Virus record (IMG/VR): IMGVR_UViG_3300046692_000091
Location: 124,001 to 188,000 of that record
Length of the DNA stretch: 64,000 nt
Direction: 5' to 3' (one strand)
A program made the translations under genes and the position numbers. Of the stretch, positions 9,551 to 21,158 are shown one piece after another (the stretch's first letter is position 1; each line of letters starts with the position of its first letter). The notes beneath the pieces were generated by a model that was not told the origin of the DNA, did not search any database, and worked only from the letters and a program-made list of their open reading frames with translations.

Positions 9551-10015
9551 ATGTCTCATTCCGGTATGACCCAAGAACAATCTGATATTTACAAAGAACG
9601 CCTGACTGTTACTATTCCCAATGATAAAGTTGGTACAGTTAAGTTCGGTGTTGACAATGTCGATGATGTTGTCCGTGAACCATTCCCTGCTAAGTTCCAT
9701 GTGCTGGACTCGGTAGACTTCATTACCTACGACCAAGTCCTGAAAGCATTCACTGACGAAGCAACCTTCTTCGGCCTGCAGTGTGTAATGCAACTGACCG
9801 GTGAGAACCAGCGGTATGTTGGTCCGGTTGACTTAGATGAAGGTGATGGTACGGTTAATGGGATCATCGTTACCCTGCCCGGTATTATCGATCCAGCTGA
9901 AGCATTCAGTCTGTACACCGAAGTACAGAAAGCTGGTCACTACATGGCTCCTGCCAGACGCTTTGGTCAGGGTGGTTGTTCATTCACCGTCTTCAAGCTT
10001 ATCCCAAAGGTATAA
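9551..10015 (+). CDS. Hypothetical protein
   Basis: 154 aa ORF with SD, downstream of early promoter. Confidence 0.85.
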   Translation: MSHSGMTQEQSDIYKERLTVTIPNDKVGTVKFGVDNVDDVVREPFPAKFHVLDSVDFITYDQVLKAFTDEATFFGLQCVMQLTGENQRYVGPVDLDEGDGTVNGIIVTLPGIIDPAEAFSLYTEVQKAGHYMAPARRFGQGGCSFTVFKLIPKV

Positions 10016-10017
10016 CT

Positions 10018-10593
10018 GTGGCTAAGAAACAACCTCCTGTATTGGTACGTATCACATTCGAATCGGACAAAGGTGATTTGGTTTGTGATAACGTTATCTT
10101 CAAGTCTGTCCCTCTGCTGCCGGGTATGCAGAAGTATTGCCACCTGGAAAAGAAAGGCAATCAATGGCTGTTGCTCCATACTGAGGGGCTGTTGTTCGAA
10201 TCAGACCCAGTGGGTGGCGAAATCATAATCTCTCGTGATTCCACCGAGAGGGTTTATCGTCCGATCATGATCCTGGATGATGGTCGTCCATTGGTTGTTA
10301 CGCGTTACACCGTGATGACACCACTCACCAAGAATGCTGCTTATTACTTGGATGAACTGGATGACCATACATTCCGTATTTACCACACCACTACTTTCTT
10401 CGAAGACAAATGGACTAGCCCTAAAGAGAAAGAAGATTGGCACCGTAGCATGAATAAAATTCGACTGGAAGTTATTACAAGTATGACGAAACCGATTCCT
10501 GTTGTAGAAGAACAACCACGTGGTCCTTCCACTATTCTGCAACGGATACGTAAAGATCGCGAAGAAGAGCTATTGCTCGATGATACTATCTAA
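10018..10593 (+). CDS. Hypothetical protein (GTG start preferred)
   Basis: GTG 2 nt after upstream stop. Confidence 0.75.
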   Translation: MAKKQPPVLVRITFESDKGDLVCDNVIFKSVPLLPGMQKYCHLEKKGNQWLLLHTEGLLFESDPVGGEIIISRDSTERVYRPIMILDDGRPLVVTRYTVMTPLTKNAAYYLDELDDHTFRIYHTTTFFEDKWTSPKEKEDWHRSMNKIRLEVITSMTKPIPVVEEQPRGPSTILQRIRKDREEELLLDDTI

Positions 10594-10663
10594 GGAATAA
10601 CAATGCCCGTATATGAACAAGTGTGGATACGATTTTATATTGTTAACCCTTGGAGGGTAAATC

Positions 10664-10834
10664 ATGTCAAAGTCGTACCGCACCTGCTATTTCCGCGATC
10701 AGAAAGATCTCTGGACCCCGCGCCCAATGCGCTTCTGGCCTTCGAATAAATGGTCGAAAGTTAAATGCCATCGGATCGAACGGGCACAAGAACTCCAGTT
10801 GATCTACAAAGAACTGCAAGAGTTGCATCGCTAG
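10664..10834 (+). CDS. Small basic protein (56 aa, MSKSYRTCYF...)
   Basis: SD ggagg; ends in terminator; not in supplied track. Confidence 0.6.
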   Translation: MSKSYRTCYFRDQKDLWTPRPMRFWPSNKWSKVKCHRIERAQELQLIYKELQELHR

Positions 10835-10849
10835 TCCTTCGGGACTAGC
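10830..10849 (+). terminator. Intrinsic terminator
   Basis: gctagtcc-ttcg-ggactagc plus ttt. Confidence 0.85.
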
Positions 10850-10872
10850 TTTATTTCCCAATAGGAGTTTTC

Positions 10873-11994
10873 ATGTTATTCAAGATGGGCGAAACTTTCA
10901 TGCACACTGTTACTGTACTGCGTTTCGAAGATGGTTCAATGTCCATCGATCGCGCTACGTGTCATGAAGCGGAACAAATCGCAAAGTGGTTTGCTGATGG
11001 CACGTTGTCGTTCGATGAAATGAAGCAGATGTTCATGATCAACAGTACTGGTTACAATCTGAAACTGGGTACAAACATCAATATTACCTACATTACCTGG
11101 TACCAACAGAACAATACTCCGTTCTTCGGATATCGTGAAGTTGGTGAAGGTAAAGGCTTTACTTCGATGTACCATCCGTCCAGTGGTAACTACGTGTTGT
11201 CTGGCGGTAAACTGTATCATCAAGGGCAGCGTAAATGTGACCACCGTTATGAAGAGTGGGTACTGAAGAATCTTGCTCGATTCCCTCACCCGGATTCCGA
11301 TCCATCTATCCCAGAAGAACTGGAAGTAGCGCCCGATGAGCAACTAATCCTTACTGTGAAGATGGATGGTGCAGATACCCGCAAGTGGCCTTCGTTCATG
11401 CCTAATGGCGTATACAGCAAAGAACTACACGAAGCAAACTGCCGTGAACTGCAAGAGATATATCCTGAGGCAGTGAGACCGTTACCTATGTTAAATGAAA
11501 ACGTTATCCGTGAACGTGGCAATCGTATCCGTAAGGTACTTGCTGGGTTCGTGGATAGTATCATGGGTATCTCCAAGAAATGCCAGGATGATATCACTAG
11601 CATCGATGAACAAATGCAAGCAGCACATGCTGTAGCAAATACTCTCGATCCTTCAGCAGTTGTGAAGAAAGCCATTCGGGAATCTACAGTTCCTGTAATG
11701 ACTATCCGTGAACGTGTTCGTTCGGCTGATCCACGCGACATCACCGAAAAGGTAGCTGATCGTTACCTCGGTATGATTGCAGAAAGCAAGATTTCTTTTG
11801 CACATTATCGCAACCCCAATACCGAACTGGATATTATCTTGCGGATGTTGGAAATGCTCCGTGGTGACAAAACTGTCGAGTTTTATAAGAAAGCTCGTGG
11901 ATTCAAATTCGTTCAGGAGTCACTGATCGAACTAGGTTACACCACCGTTGAAAAAGAAAACTATTTCTTTGATCAGCTGTTAGCAGGTCAATAG
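10873..11994 (+). CDS. Hypothetical protein
   Basis: 373 aa ORF, SD aggag. Confidence 0.85.
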   Translation: MLFKMGETFMHTVTVLRFEDGSMSIDRATCHEAEQIAKWFADGTLSFDEMKQMFMINSTGYNLKLGTNINITYITWYQQNNTPFFGYREVGEGKGFTSMYHPSSGNYVLSGGKLYHQGQRKCDHRYEEWVLKNLARFPHPDSDPSIPEELEVAPDEQLILTVKMDGADTRKWPSFMPNGVYSKELHEANCRELQEIYPEAVRPLPMLNENVIRERGNRIRKVLAGFVDSIMGISKKCQDDITSIDEQMQAAHAVANTLDPSAVVKKAIRESTVPVMTIRERVRSADPRDITEKVADRYLGMIAESKISFAHYRNPNTELDIILRMLEMLRGDKTVEFYKKARGFKFVQESLIELGYTTVEKENYFFDQLLAGQ

Positions 11995-12037
11995 TTTGTA
12001 GGATGCATAGGGCATTCTCTAGAAAAGGGAAATAGAT

Positions 12038-12349
12038 ATGGCTGATGATGTTGAACCGCATGGCGTAGGTTATCAAGAACTACCCGACGTGGTAACGCCA
12101 GAAGGATTCGTTGATCGTTATACGCACCAGTCTGCTTATAATGCGATCATGATGATCGAAGCTGCTTTGATCAATGCTGTCCCAGAGCCTACTCTTGGTG
12201 GCTCGTTCGTAGCAGTCGCATTCAATGCTTTGCCAAATGGCATCGTGGCAGATATCATCAAACAACGATATCTCGATAGTGGGTGGAAAACTGTTTCCAT
12301 CACTACTACCAACGCTACAAGCTCTACTATCAAACTCGTCTTCCCTTAG
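12038..12349 (+). CDS. Hypothetical protein (family with 47684, 48022 and N-terminus of 53684)
   Basis: VVTPEGF...LDSGWKTVSI pattern. Confidence 0.75.
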   Translation: MADDVEPHGVGYQELPDVVTPEGFVDRYTHQSAYNAIMMIEAALINAVPEPTLGGSFVAVAFNALPNGIVADIIKQRYLDSGWKTVSITTTNATSSTIKLVFP

Positions 12350-12996
12350 TGCATCTAGGGGTAGTGGCGGGAGTTGGTTCTCGTACAGTTCCAGAGTGGG
12401 CATTAGAGCTCATGATCCGTTTGGGTCGTACCTATACGGATCTAGGTTATCAAATGTCATCAGGGGACGCATGGGACTCGGACCGTGCGTTCCTTTATGG
12501 CGCTGCACAGTCACACCGATACCAAGAGATTGGCGCCAGGGTCTTTATCGCTAAAGACGGAACCAATGGAAGATGGATTAAAGACAATCCCTTCTATACC
12601 GATGGATCGAACATAGACCCATCAATTGCAACAACTGCACGCTCTATGGCGATGCTAGCCCGTGGTGGCTTCTATGGCTTGAATGAGTTCGGGGTTACAC
12701 TACATACCCGTAACGTCTATCAGATCCATGGCACTGGGTTAGACGAGCTTGTAAGTGCCATTTACTTCTATGCCGAACCAGATGGTCGGTTGAAGGTACG
12801 CGGCGGAACAAACACGGCAGTACAACTCTGTAAAACAGCTGGTGTACCAATCATTAAGAACCTGTATTATCAGGATACTGTGGATGAAATAACTGAATGG
12901 CTTAATACCCATGAGTTAGATTACCCCTACTGTGATATTGATTGGCATCAAATACACAAACCCAATGATCCCCGTTTAAAGGAATTCGAAGAATGA
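12349..12996 (+). CDS. SLOG/DprA-like nucleotide-binding protein
   Basis: AGVGSR, SGDAWDSD (variant of SGGAxGxD), GGTNTAV motifs; GTG overlaps upstream stop. Confidence 0.7.
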   Translation: MHLGVVAGVGSRTVPEWALELMIRLGRTYTDLGYQMSSGDAWDSDRAFLYGAAQSHRYQEIGARVFIAKDGTNGRWIKDNPFYTDGSNIDPSIATTARSMAMLARGGFYGLNEFGVTLHTRNVYQIHGTGLDELVSAIYFYAEPDGRLKVRGGTNTAVQLCKTAGVPIIKNLYYQDTVDEITEWLNTHELDYPYCDIDWHQIHKPNDPRLKEFEE

Positions 12997-13694
12997 CACT
13001 GTGGCAACGTATCAAAAGCTGGTTCGGTTTCAAACCAAAAGCTGTTCCTTCCAAGTTCGGTAGCAGCTACGATTTCAATGATGACCACTACATTGAAGAA
13101 GTTAATCAAGGTCGCCCTTCCTTGAGTGAAGTGAAAGCGAACGATCTTCCGTACCCTGCATCGGTACGTGGTATCCGCAATGCTTCAACCAAAGAGAAGA
13201 ATGGGGTATTCATCAAAGACGGTATCCTGTCTGCAGGTTCTCAGCGTGATAACTTCGCTGATGTACAACCAGTTCGCCGATCCACTCCTACCCCAGCACA
13301 AGCCTCTCGTCCGACCCCCGTTCGCTCTTATGGCGAATCTGAGTGTGACCATAACTACAGTGCCCGCATTGGTGGTGTTACTACATCCTCCCTTCGTTCA
13401 GATGGTAGCTTCGTAGATGGCATGCTGACCGGCTACCTAGTTGGTGAAGCTTTGGAGGCTGTTGGTGATTTGATCTCCGGTGACCGTTCTGATGGTTTCA
13501 CCGAAACTCGTTCTGCTCCAGAACCTACACCTGTATGGCAAGAGCCAGCGCCAATCGCCGCCCCTGTTTCTTCCAGTAGTTGGAATGATAGTGGTTCTAC
13601 TAACTGGGGTGGTGGTAATTCCAGCACGATCGATGGTGGCAGCAACTGGATCAGCGATGTCGCTGAATCTGCAAGTTCTATCTTCTCCGATTGA
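12993..13694 (+). CDS. Low-complexity Ser/Gly-rich protein with N-terminal amphipathic helix
   Basis: MTLWQRIKSWFG start; glycine-zipper-like GMLTGYLVG; S/G/W-rich tail. Confidence 0.75.
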   Translation: MTLWQRIKSWFGFKPKAVPSKFGSSYDFNDDHYIEEVNQGRPSLSEVKANDLPYPASVRGIRNASTKEKNGVFIKDGILSAGSQRDNFADVQPVRRSTPTPAQASRPTPVRSYGESECDHNYSARIGGVTTSSLRSDGSFVDGMLTGYLVGEALEAVGDLISGDRSDGFTETRSAPEPTPVWQEPAPIAAPVSSSSWNDSGSTNWGGGNSSTIDGGSNWISDVAESASSIFSD

Positions 13695-13701
13695 GGTGGC
13701 A

Positions 13702-13878
13702 ATGAACAGAGGTTTCCGTAGACTGTACTCTAGTTTACATCGAACCGACCGTAAGCGATCTGCACGACATACTGAGCTGGCGCCAAGCCAGCTTATGTCT
13801 GAGATACCCGGTTGGTGGAAATGCACAACAATCAAACCACTGGAAGAACTAGATGCCCCAACTCGAAACGCTGCGTGA
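13702..13878 (+). CDS. Small hypothetical protein
   Basis: SD gaggtg; 58 aa ending NAA. Confidence 0.5.
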   Translation: MNRGFRRLYSSLHRTDRKRSARHTELAPSQLMSEIPGWWKCTTIKPLEELDAPTRNAA

Positions 13879-14590
13879 AATGTGTGAGATAATGAAGAGC
13901 ATGGCGCAGCCGGTGCGGCACCATCCGGTCGTCATTGCTTCTCCACCACTATTATTCATGCGCAATGATGATGGCACATATACCAGAAACGAACGTGGTC
14001 ACTTGGTGATGGACCAGCTAGCTACTTACAAGCAAAATAGACCTGTAGCAAAAGACTATTCGTTAGAGTCGGTACTGAAGGAAGATCAGACTTTTACCGA
14101 TTACATGAAATGTTTGACGGATATGCCTTTTGAACCAACACCTCGTCGTCAGATAAAAATGATGTGGAGACGCTCTCCATGGGAATCTGCTAAATGGCAA
14201 GGATTCCAGTGGGGTGGACGGACTAATGCTTCCGCTACAGAACACGCATTGCGTCGTGCGATTCAGAAGACCATCCCTAAAGCTCCAGTGTACACGCCAC
14301 AGATGAAACGTGATTGGAGCTGGCGCGGTAAAAGCCGTGTTATCTCTAATCTTTGCTATGAACTGTTCGGTACGGGTATCTATTCAGGCCGGTGCGGAGC
14401 TCAAGTTATTCAACAGGATATTATCAATGATCGGTTTCGGATTGACCCTGTACGACTATCCACCCAACTTACCAGTGCGTACGCCCAGCTGCCTCTCGAC
14501 GGACGCTTTACATTGCCTTATGAAACGCTTGAGAGCTTTTACGTCACAAAGCAAAGTGGTGTTTATACTTCCACGGGCCATTGGGATTGA
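13853..14590 (+). CDS. Hypothetical protein
   Basis: 245 aa ORF. Confidence 0.75.
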   Translation: MPQLETLREMCEIMKSMAQPVRHHPVVIASPPLLFMRNDDGTYTRNERGHLVMDQLATYKQNRPVAKDYSLESVLKEDQTFTDYMKCLTDMPFEPTPRRQIKMMWRRSPWESAKWQGFQWGGRTNASATEHALRRAIQKTIPKAPVYTPQMKRDWSWRGKSRVISNLCYELFGTGIYSGRCGAQVIQQDIINDRFRIDPVRLSTQLTSAYAQLPLDGRFTLPYETLESFYVTKQSGVYTSTGHWD

Positions 14591-14640
14591 TGAAAGTACT
14601 GGCCGTCCCAATGTAATATCTAACCAAGAGATTTTTAAGC

Positions 14641-15267
14641 ATGTCAGTTCTATCAGACAAAACTATTCGGCGTCTCAGCGAAGAAGCGAAAGTGCCGATG
14701 ATTCAACCTTTCTTTGGTCGTTCAGTAAAGACACTGAACGGAAAGAAAGTGGCAAGCTACGGATTGTCCACGGGCGGGTACGACATCCGAGCAGCGAGAG
14801 AGTTCAAGGTCTTCAAGCCTATCAAATACACCCTCTGGGAACGTTTGAAGTTCCTGTTCACGGGTAAACCAAAACCAGTCAGTCCACTGAGCTATAAAGA
14901 AATCAGTGAAGACATGTTCGATTCGGTTGAAGGTGATTTCGTTGTAGTTCCACCGGGTGGCTTCTTGCTGGCTCGGAGTATGGAATACGTTAACATGCCA
15001 CGGGATGTATTGGCTCTGTGTATCGGTAAATCAACCATCGCTCGTGCGGGTTGGAATTGTCTGTGTACACCAATCGAACCTGAGTGGGATGGATACATCA
15101 CCCTGGAGTTCCAGAACACTACGGATCGTCCTAACATCTTCTATGCTGGTGAAGGTTGCTTGCAATTGGTGTTCATGCGTTTGGATGAAGAACCAGAAAC
15201 TTCCTACCTCGATCGTGGTGGTAAGTACAACAACCAACAAGCTCGTATCGTTTTGCCGCGTGTGTAA
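14641..15267 (+). CDS. dcd: dCTP deaminase
   Basis: SYGLSTGGYDIR, GKSTIARAG, IEPEWDGYITLEF, KYNNQ motifs. Confidence 0.92.
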   Translation: MSVLSDKTIRRLSEEAKVPMIQPFFGRSVKTLNGKKVASYGLSTGGYDIRAAREFKVFKPIKYTLWERLKFLFTGKPKPVSPLSYKEISEDMFDSVEGDFVVVPPGGFLLARSMEYVNMPRDVLALCIGKSTIARAGWNCLCTPIEPEWDGYITLEFQNTTDRPNIFYAGEGCLQLVFMRLDEEPETSYLDRGGKYNNQQARIVLPRV

Positions 15268-15287
15268 AGTGAGCCTTCGGGCTCACT
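15268..15287 (+). terminator. Intrinsic terminator
   Basis: agtgagcc-ttcg-ggctcact plus T tract. Confidence 0.85.
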
Positions 15288-15311
15288 CTTTATTTTCTTT
15301 TTGGAGGTTTC

Positions 15312-15791
15312 ATGGCAGTTATTGTTGTCGATGTTAAAGAAGCATTTGTAATCAATCCGGAACAGTCGTGGGGTAAAGGCGAAGGGTTTATCGAAGCCCT
15401 GCGTGATCATCCTCGGTATAAAGCGATACTGGTGAAGTGCCACCATAAAGAGGTTTCTTTCTATCGTGATATGATCCGTGATTCGGTAGCGAAAGAAGGC
15501 CGTGTCGATCGTATCCTGCAACATTTGGAACGACAAGGAATCGATGTTGTTGTTGTAGAACGTGAACCAAAGTTTAACACAGAACGAATCCGTTATATCG
15601 GCGGTGGTCGTGAATATTTTTCCGGTCAGGCACAGATCGTTAAAGTAGATGACACTATCGATCCTGAGATCGTACAACGTGCACTAGATCATGCTGCTAA
15701 ACAATCGGGTGATGTCACCTACGAATCAATACTACGTCATCTGTTGGATCTTGGTGTATTGCAAGGCACTCTAACTAAAATCGAATACTAG
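15312..15791 (+). CDS. Hypothetical protein
   Basis: SD ggagg; 159 aa. Confidence 0.8.
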   Translation: MAVIVVDVKEAFVINPEQSWGKGEGFIEALRDHPRYKAILVKCHHKEVSFYRDMIRDSVAKEGRVDRILQHLERQGIDVVVVEREPKFNTERIRYIGGGREYFSGQAQIVKVDDTIDPEIVQRALDHAAKQSGDVTYESILRHLLDLGVLQGTLTKIEY

Positions 15792-15800
15792 GAATCTCCA

Positions 15801-18451
<2,651 letters not shown>

Positions 18452-18518
18452 TCAGCGTGATAATGAATACCGTGATGTGTCATGGCGGCATTCTGGTAAT
18501 CAAGTCGTAAGACGGCAG

Positions 18519-18839
18519 ATGATCTCTGAAGCATATTTGGAAAGGAAGAAAGCTATTCTTGCTGGCCAAGTGTCACTGTTGGATTACACATGGACTGCTA
18601 TCAAATGTACAGTGCGTGAGATTTACTGGTTCCGTCGTCACAAGAAAATGGGCGATTGGATCATGTACAATACACCTTACCAATTGGTTGGTCGTAATGT
18701 AACTAGTAGTTGTCACCAAGCTGTTAAAGTAGACAGTAACGAAGAACAACAGTCTGTAGGTGTATTCTACAAGTTGTATGACAAAGCAAAGAATGAAATC
18801 AAAGATGATCGACTGCGTGTCGGTCTGGAGCTAACGTAA
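18519..18839 (+). CDS. Hypothetical protein (start uncertain)
   Basis: ORF filling the gap after ligase. Confidence 0.55.
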   Translation: MISEAYLERKKAILAGQVSLLDYTWTAIKCTVREIYWFRRHKKMGDWIMYNTPYQLVGRNVTSSCHQAVKVDSNEEQQSVGVFYKLYDKAKNEIKDDRLRVGLELT

Positions 18840-18843
18840 TAAA

Positions 18844-19113
18844 ATGGAAATACCTTTACTTAGCGGTATCCTAAAAAGATACCGTAAACGTAAGTTTGTA
18901 AGCAGACTTACACGTCGCCGTGAGACCGTAGTACTTAATGCAGTATCACAAGGCATATACTTCAACCAAGAGTCAGAGAAGTTCCTGTGTCCTTGCTGTG
19001 ACCAACGCATGTGCTATAAGAAGACTAATGGATACCGGATACCAATCATAAAACAGTTCCAACTGGATTACGATGCGTTGACAGTCCAGATAGCTTCTGT
19101 TCGGGCAGAATAA
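18844..19113 (+). CDS. Small basic protein with CPCC motif
   Basis: 89 aa, FLCPCCDQRMC. Confidence 0.6.
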   Translation: MEIPLLSGILKRYRKRKFVSRLTRRRETVVLNAVSQGIYFNQESEKFLCPCCDQRMCYKKTNGYRIPIIKQFQLDYDALTVQIASVRAE

Positions 19114-19119
19114 GCATAA

Positions 19120-19139
19120 GCTCTCCCTTCGGGGAGAGC
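19120..19139 (+). terminator. Intrinsic terminator
   Basis: gctctccc-ttcg-gggagagc plus T tract. Confidence 0.85.
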
Positions 19140-19178
19140 ACTATGTTTTTTTTTGTCTACTCCATGAAATCTTAAATC

Positions 19179-19186
19179 TATATTAC
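19179..19186 (+). promoter_or_regulatory. Early promoter TATATTAC
   Basis: Exact motif, intergenic after terminator. Confidence 0.8.
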
Positions 19187-19218
19187 TGTAGTGCATTAAT
19201 ACCTCAAAAGGAAATATC

Positions 19219-20223
19219 GTGGGTCTTTCCAAACGCTGGCTTGAAAGTAAGATCGAATGGCTGAACCGTGTCATGAATTTGCATAATGTCGATTTCGCCA
19301 TCGCAACTGAAAAAGGCAATCCCATCTCACCCACCCCGAAACAAAAATGGGTAGTCTTCATCGAGAAGTATAGCCATAACCGAGACAAGTCTATCGGCAT
19401 GCATCGAATTGGTAAAGGACCAGAGATTGGTCGGTGTATTCCTAATACCAATGATGACATCGACAAACATGATTGGGTATTCCATACTCGTGATCAGGCT
19501 GCTGCCAAACGCATCAAAGGTTTAGTGTATTCGCCAGATGTAATGACGGAACAGTTAATGTTCAATGAGTTACAACCATGTGTTGACAAGCTTAAAAGGC
19601 ATGAAGGTATCCATATCTACACCACCGATGCTGGTGAGAAGTGGTATGCTACAAGTGACTGCGGTGTGAATGATCAAATCCGCATGCGTACGAAAGGAAG
19701 TGCCGCCAGTGTGAGTAGGTACGGTTGGTTCTATAAAAACGTGATGGACCAATATGGTGGCGAATGGCTACTGCATCGGTTAAGTCTCAGTAGTAAAGAA
19801 GTAATCGACTACTCAGTGGAATCATCTACCCTTACCGGTGAGATTGTTCCGAAGGCACTGAAGAAACATTACCGACTAGAAGAAACCAAAGGAGATAGCT
19901 CCATTACGGTTCTGACGCCAGAAGAGTTCACTGGGTTGTATCGTAAGAAGAATTACGAACTGTTGCTCGACCTACGTGGTGTGGCTGAAGAAGGAACAGT
20001 CCTGGATATCAATGATCTGCTAACGACCATTGTGATGAAAGAATTCCCTGGGGCTTATCCTAACGTCAACCTGGATAAGTTGTTGTTCCTGATCCATGGT
20101 GGAGAACCACTCGCCGGTAAGTCGATGCTGGTATGGCACGGGCGTAAGTACTACTGTACCATTCGCAACAAACAGAAATTTAGTGTCAATGCTGGTTCCG
20201 CATTTCCTTCCACTCCCTATTAA
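19219..20223 (+). CDS. Hypothetical protein (paralogue set 19219/20232/21159)
   Basis: 334 aa, GTG start; C-terminal GTVLDINDLL motif. Confidence 0.8.
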   Translation: MGLSKRWLESKIEWLNRVMNLHNVDFAIATEKGNPISPTPKQKWVVFIEKYSHNRDKSIGMHRIGKGPEIGRCIPNTNDDIDKHDWVFHTRDQAAAKRIKGLVYSPDVMTEQLMFNELQPCVDKLKRHEGIHIYTTDAGEKWYATSDCGVNDQIRMRTKGSAASVSRYGWFYKNVMDQYGGEWLLHRLSLSSKEVIDYSVESSTLTGEIVPKALKKHYRLEETKGDSSITVLTPEEFTGLYRKKNYELLLDLRGVAEEGTVLDINDLLTTIVMKEFPGAYPNVNLDKLLFLIHGGEPLAGKSMLVWHGRKYYCTIRNKQKFSVNAGSAFPSTPY

Positions 20224-20231
20224 GGATCACC

Positions 20232-21149
20232 ATGTTCAAATTTTTCGCACGCCTGCTATCTAACCGTCGTCTCGACAAGATCTATGCTGATGAACGCTTC
20301 GCTGAGCAGATGCCTTCCCTTCGGATTGATTGGAGTGAAGACATTCACCTGGATCTAGATCGTGATGGTCAACGTATTGCTTACCATACCCCGTCGATGA
20401 AACAAATCGACATTAATACTGTTAAGGTAAAGAGTGGTCAGGAAGGTAACTGGGCAGACCGCAGTAAACCACGTTACCAACATCAGTATGACGTTGTGGA
20501 GCAAGTAGCTAACTTCTTGCAGATGCGCAATGTTGATCTATGGTGCGGTGTACCATTCTGTAAGATCGACGGCCGAGTCCATTACGTTGCTCGTGACAGT
20601 GTTCGTCCACTGTATGTTGTTCTCTACACGGAAACTGGTAAAGAATACCGTATTCCTAAGGCACTCTTCGGTTACTTCAGAGATGAAGATTTGCTGAGAC
20701 CTGATATCTACACCATGCATCCTGTCGATCTACATACACACAAACCAGTGGAAGATTGGAAGCCCATTATTCAAATGGTTCCAGGTAAACAAGATATTCA
20801 TGGTGCTTATACGTACCTGAATGAAGTAGCAGGTTGTCCTGGTATCTTAGACTTCCAATCCCAGGATATCATCATCAACATTAATATCCTGGATAACAGT
20901 GCTACACCAATTGTTGACCTGAAGCCGTTCCTCTGGGCTATCCGTGATGGTGTTAAACATGAATCCAAACGGTGGACCCTGAGTATCGATCAGATCCAAC
21001 TGCAGATCGGCATGAACCCGAAACCTATCAAGGTATTGGATTTGTCTCACGAACTTCCAGAGCATCGAATCATCCTGTCTGATGTGCCTACTCTCTGGAG
21101 TGTTGAAACGTACATTAACACTGGCAACCTCCCAACTACTTACCCTTAA
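20232..21149 (+). CDS. Hypothetical protein
   Basis: 305 aa, SD aagga. Confidence 0.85.
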   Translation: MFKFFARLLSNRRLDKIYADERFAEQMPSLRIDWSEDIHLDLDRDGQRIAYHTPSMKQIDINTVKVKSGQEGNWADRSKPRYQHQYDVVEQVANFLQMRNVDLWCGVPFCKIDGRVHYVARDSVRPLYVVLYTETGKEYRIPKALFGYFRDEDLLRPDIYTMHPVDLHTHKPVEDWKPIIQMVPGKQDIHGAYTYLNEVAGCPGILDFQSQDIIININILDNSATPIVDLKPFLWAIRDGVKHESKRWTLSIDQIQLQIGMNPKPIKVLDLSHELPEHRIILSDVPTLWSVETYINTGNLPTTYP

Positions 21150-21158
21150 GGAACCAGA

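Noticed and set aside
10603-10749. Alternative 48-aa ORF overlapping 10664
   Set aside because: The 10664 frame has the stronger SD (ggagg) and ends at the terminator
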